A stretch of DNA of 64,000 nucleotides from assembly GCA_010909165.1 (NCBI GenBank), contig VJWM01000011.1:124001-188000 (forward strand). Direction: 5' to 3'. Of the stretch, positions 61,212 to 64,000 are shown in pieces. The position numbers were made by a program, and so were the translations under genes. The notes under the pieces were generated by a model that saw only the letters and a list, made by a program, of their open reading frames with translations, did no database searches and had not been told where the DNA came from. Positions within the stretch are counted from its first letter, which is position 1; every line of letters begins with the position of its first letter. The DNA comes from Anthoceros angustus (Eukaryota; Plantae; Anthocerotophyta).

Positions 61212-63200
61212 CTAGCTTCCGAGTTCTTCAGCAGCAGTCTGAGTCTCTGGTGGGCACTGACCAGATATGCTATCCATCACCAATTCAATGCTTTTGAGAC
61301 GGGCGTGCTCGGGGTCTTCGAAGTTGTCGTTCTCCATCATGGCATTTTCGGCATCCAAAGGATCAATAGGATTGCTTTCGGTGTTGTAGTCCGGATGCCA
61401 CACTGCACTCAAAGTTCTCTATCCATCATCCAGGATTTCCCCCGTTTTCTCCTTCATTCTGTTGAACCCCAAAGGTACAACCTGCGCTTGGGAGACACCC
61501 TTCTCGGACAAGCTCAATTCCTTTGCCCAAAATTGGGCTGGTCCTCGTCGATGTGGCTCGTGATTCAACTCCTCCTCGGTGTCAGGAGTACTTCATATCC
61601 ATGAATCCGTTGTGGGATGAATTCCGCAACTTGTCCAAATCCCGCAATGCAATTTCGACCACAAAACAGCGCGCCGATTATCGTCGTTCCGCTCCACACG
61701 CATCTACAATCCGGTCCCCTCTTCGAGAAGTTTTTGATCGGCTTGAGCATCAACCCGATGGCCTCGATACGCGCTTGTCCAATGACAGCGGCTTCTTCAC
61801 GACGGATTGTGCCCAATATTTGCCGACCATTGTTGAAAAGAGCCATGGGCGTTGTTAGGCAACATTGAACCACTTAATTTGGTAGTGGTAACCCCAACCG
61901 TGATGTACTCCACGATTATCATATCCACCACGATCATTATGCATATTGGTTTTGTCCCACACAAAGGAGACCATTCCTCCACCAATGCACCACATCGCAT
62001 TGCCTCCCTTACAACTCTTCCACACCATGCATAACTATCATTCGATTTCTTGCACTTGTCATATCATGGAAAGAGTGAAACAACATGCCAATTTGTGTCG
62101 ATCCATCTTCACATCATGCTTTCCTTTGTGGAATCCTCTTGGCATCCATAACCAGCAATGTATACTTCCTCTTCCTTAGAAATCCTCGCATGTCCAACAC
62201 ATCTCTTGCAACCACTTGGTATTTAACAATAAACCCGTCGTTGGCATGAAATGCATAGGCCTTCCTCCATGTCCATGTCGGCAGGCCCTCTGTTCGTTCT
62301 CAGACCTTTCCATGTGTGCACTTCAAGTATGAAAGCACAGAAGTCTTTGATTTCTTGGATCTTCTACATCTTTCACTTGCTACACACATGAGTTAGGTGG
62401 TTAGTGCACAACAAGCTTGTCCGAAAGATGCGAGGGGCGCGGCATGCGGCTCCTACTTCCTTCTAAAGCCTCAATTCCAACATGAGGAATGGGAGGCGGC
62501 ATGCCTCCCCTTCTCCTGTACTAAAGAAGAGATATACCTTCCCATCGAAGCTTGAAACCTTGCAATGACATCGTCCGAAGAGTGCATAGGGTATTCCTGC
62601 GCACCATGTCGAAAGAGTCGCATCCTAAATGCTTTGCCATAGCCACTTGTATGACATGAAGTTTCTTCCGCAGAGTGAGCTCCTTCGACATACCATTGAG
62701 GTCAAGCAAACCTGTCAAAACCTTTTCCGTCATCATTGATGAGCATTTTTGTCCTCACCGTGGAATTCCTTGGAAACTGCGCCATGGTTTCCCCTACATC
62801 TCTTTCGGCTTCACGAAAACACTTTCAACCGTCTTCACCTCCTCTCCAACTTTGCTTTGCCTTGCTCTTCTTCTGGTGCCCGCAACATGTTTGGCTTGTT
62901 CCGGAGCTCCATCGCCTCCCACTTTGAAAAGATAGACATTTCTCCAAACCTTTCCCTCCGCCGCAATGCATAGGATATGTGTCCTGTTGTCCACTTTGTT
63001 CGCTTATATTGCTCATCTTCCCGCCTCGCCATCCTCGATCGCTAACACCTTATACAAATTGAACTTCCAGTCATGCTCATTGTCACTCCACGCTTTATCT
63101 GCTCATCTCAGGTATCCGACCGCTCGATAAAGTTCATCTTCTTCCTTTGTCCGACATTGTGTTGTGGTCGATGCCAATATCACGTAAAGTCGCTGCCTCG
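61212..63200 (-). pseudogene. ParB/Srx-like + N4/N6 DNA methyltransferase fusion gene, copy C, 5'-truncated
   Basis: IGIDHNTMSDK (~63150); DNRTHIL..EGKVW (~62950); YTLLVMD.PRGF (62131-62165); FVWDKTNMHNDRGGYDNR.EYITVG (~61890-61970); IKNFSKRG..IVDAC.SGTTIIGALFCGRNCIA (61640-61740); tail AQVVPL homologous to copy B ARVVPL. Confidence 0.82.
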
Positions 63201-63297
63201 TCTGGGGCCTCTGACGCCAGCTGGTTTTTTCGGGCCAAACAAGAGAGAGAATTTTTCAATTGGTAAAATTTTTTGAATAAGGTGGAAAATTGTAACA

Positions 63298-63480
63298 ATA
63301 GAGTAGAAAGCATAGATCGATGATGGAAACATTTTACCATCCAAGTCAAAACTAGAACAGGAGGGTAAAGAATGGATCAACCAAGTGAATATAGAGTAAA
63401 ACGAGATGATGAATGGAAACATTTTACCATCCAAATCAAAACTAGAACAACAGGGTAAAGAATGATCACCAAGTGAATAG
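63298..63480. repeat. 2x ~93-bp tandem repeat at the start of an unrelated AT-rich segment
   Basis: tggaaacattttaccatccaa.tcaaaactagaaca..agggtaaagaatg occurs twice. Confidence 0.8.
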
Positions 63481-64000
63481 CAAGTGCACGAAATACCATG
63501 GTAGATTGTAATCTGAGGAGGCCTAGTAATTCCAACACAATCGCTAACTGGCAAGAAACATCTTCGTTATACCATTCATGCGGATCCGTGGATATACAAA
63601 AACCAACAAAGAAATATCATCTTTGCAAAGTTTCGTATATCCGTAATTGCATGAATTCAAAATAACAGAAAATAGAGAAAATACCAGAATAGTTGATCCT
63701 CCTTATTCAAATTACAAATCTACATATACAAAGTAAATTAGGCTTGTAACCAATTAGATGATTCGGAATAGACGAAAGAAAAGTTCATTAGAAAAGATTC
63801 CCACCTTATTTTGGAAAATTGACATAATTGTAGAGATTGAAGACATAGTTTCCAAGACCACTTGGTTTAACGGGCAACTTGTCCAACATTATCATAGTTT
63901 GCGGTTGATGAACACAGGGGCTTTGGAGAAATTCTTCATCTTCACGAAAGTTGAGAACCTAATCAAACATTACCGTCTTAGTCTACTAAAGTAAAATTAG

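Noticed and set aside
63205-63225. PBS-like TGGCGTCAGAG on the minus strand
   Set aside because: Mismatched to the iMet PBS, and no retroelement internal sequence follows.

Overview
Eukaryotic land-plant nuclear DNA, most likely from a non-seed plant. A hornwort-like genome is suggested by ~50% GC, ~80-120 bp introns and an editing-type mitochondrial insert, but this is inference. A small gene island at 12.5-18.4 kb holds a 4-exon GONST4/GFT1-type nucleotide-sugar transporter and an intronless HEN2/MTR4-type exosome RNA helicase. A mitochondrial insertion abuts the helicase (rrn18 5' end, nad6 pseudogene). The rest is nested, indel-riddled transposons: Ty3/gypsy, Ty1/copia, a CACTA end, a CRE-like RLE non-LTR element and large LTR-like units, plus a degenerate 2OG-Fe(II) dioxygenase. 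The main discovery is a repeated element with three divergent copies (~22.6-34.6 kb, ~37.3-48.9 kb and ~61.2-63.2 kb, the last partial). It pairs an intron-containing Sola1-like DDD transposase head-to-head with an intron-containing gene encoding a ParB/Srx-like domain fused to a prokaryote-type beta-class N4C/N6A DNA methyltransferase. All three copies carry a non-canonical catalytic motif, D-x-P-R-G, and one copy has a probable C-terminal SET domain. All protein assignments come from manual translation across frameshifts; no searches were run.
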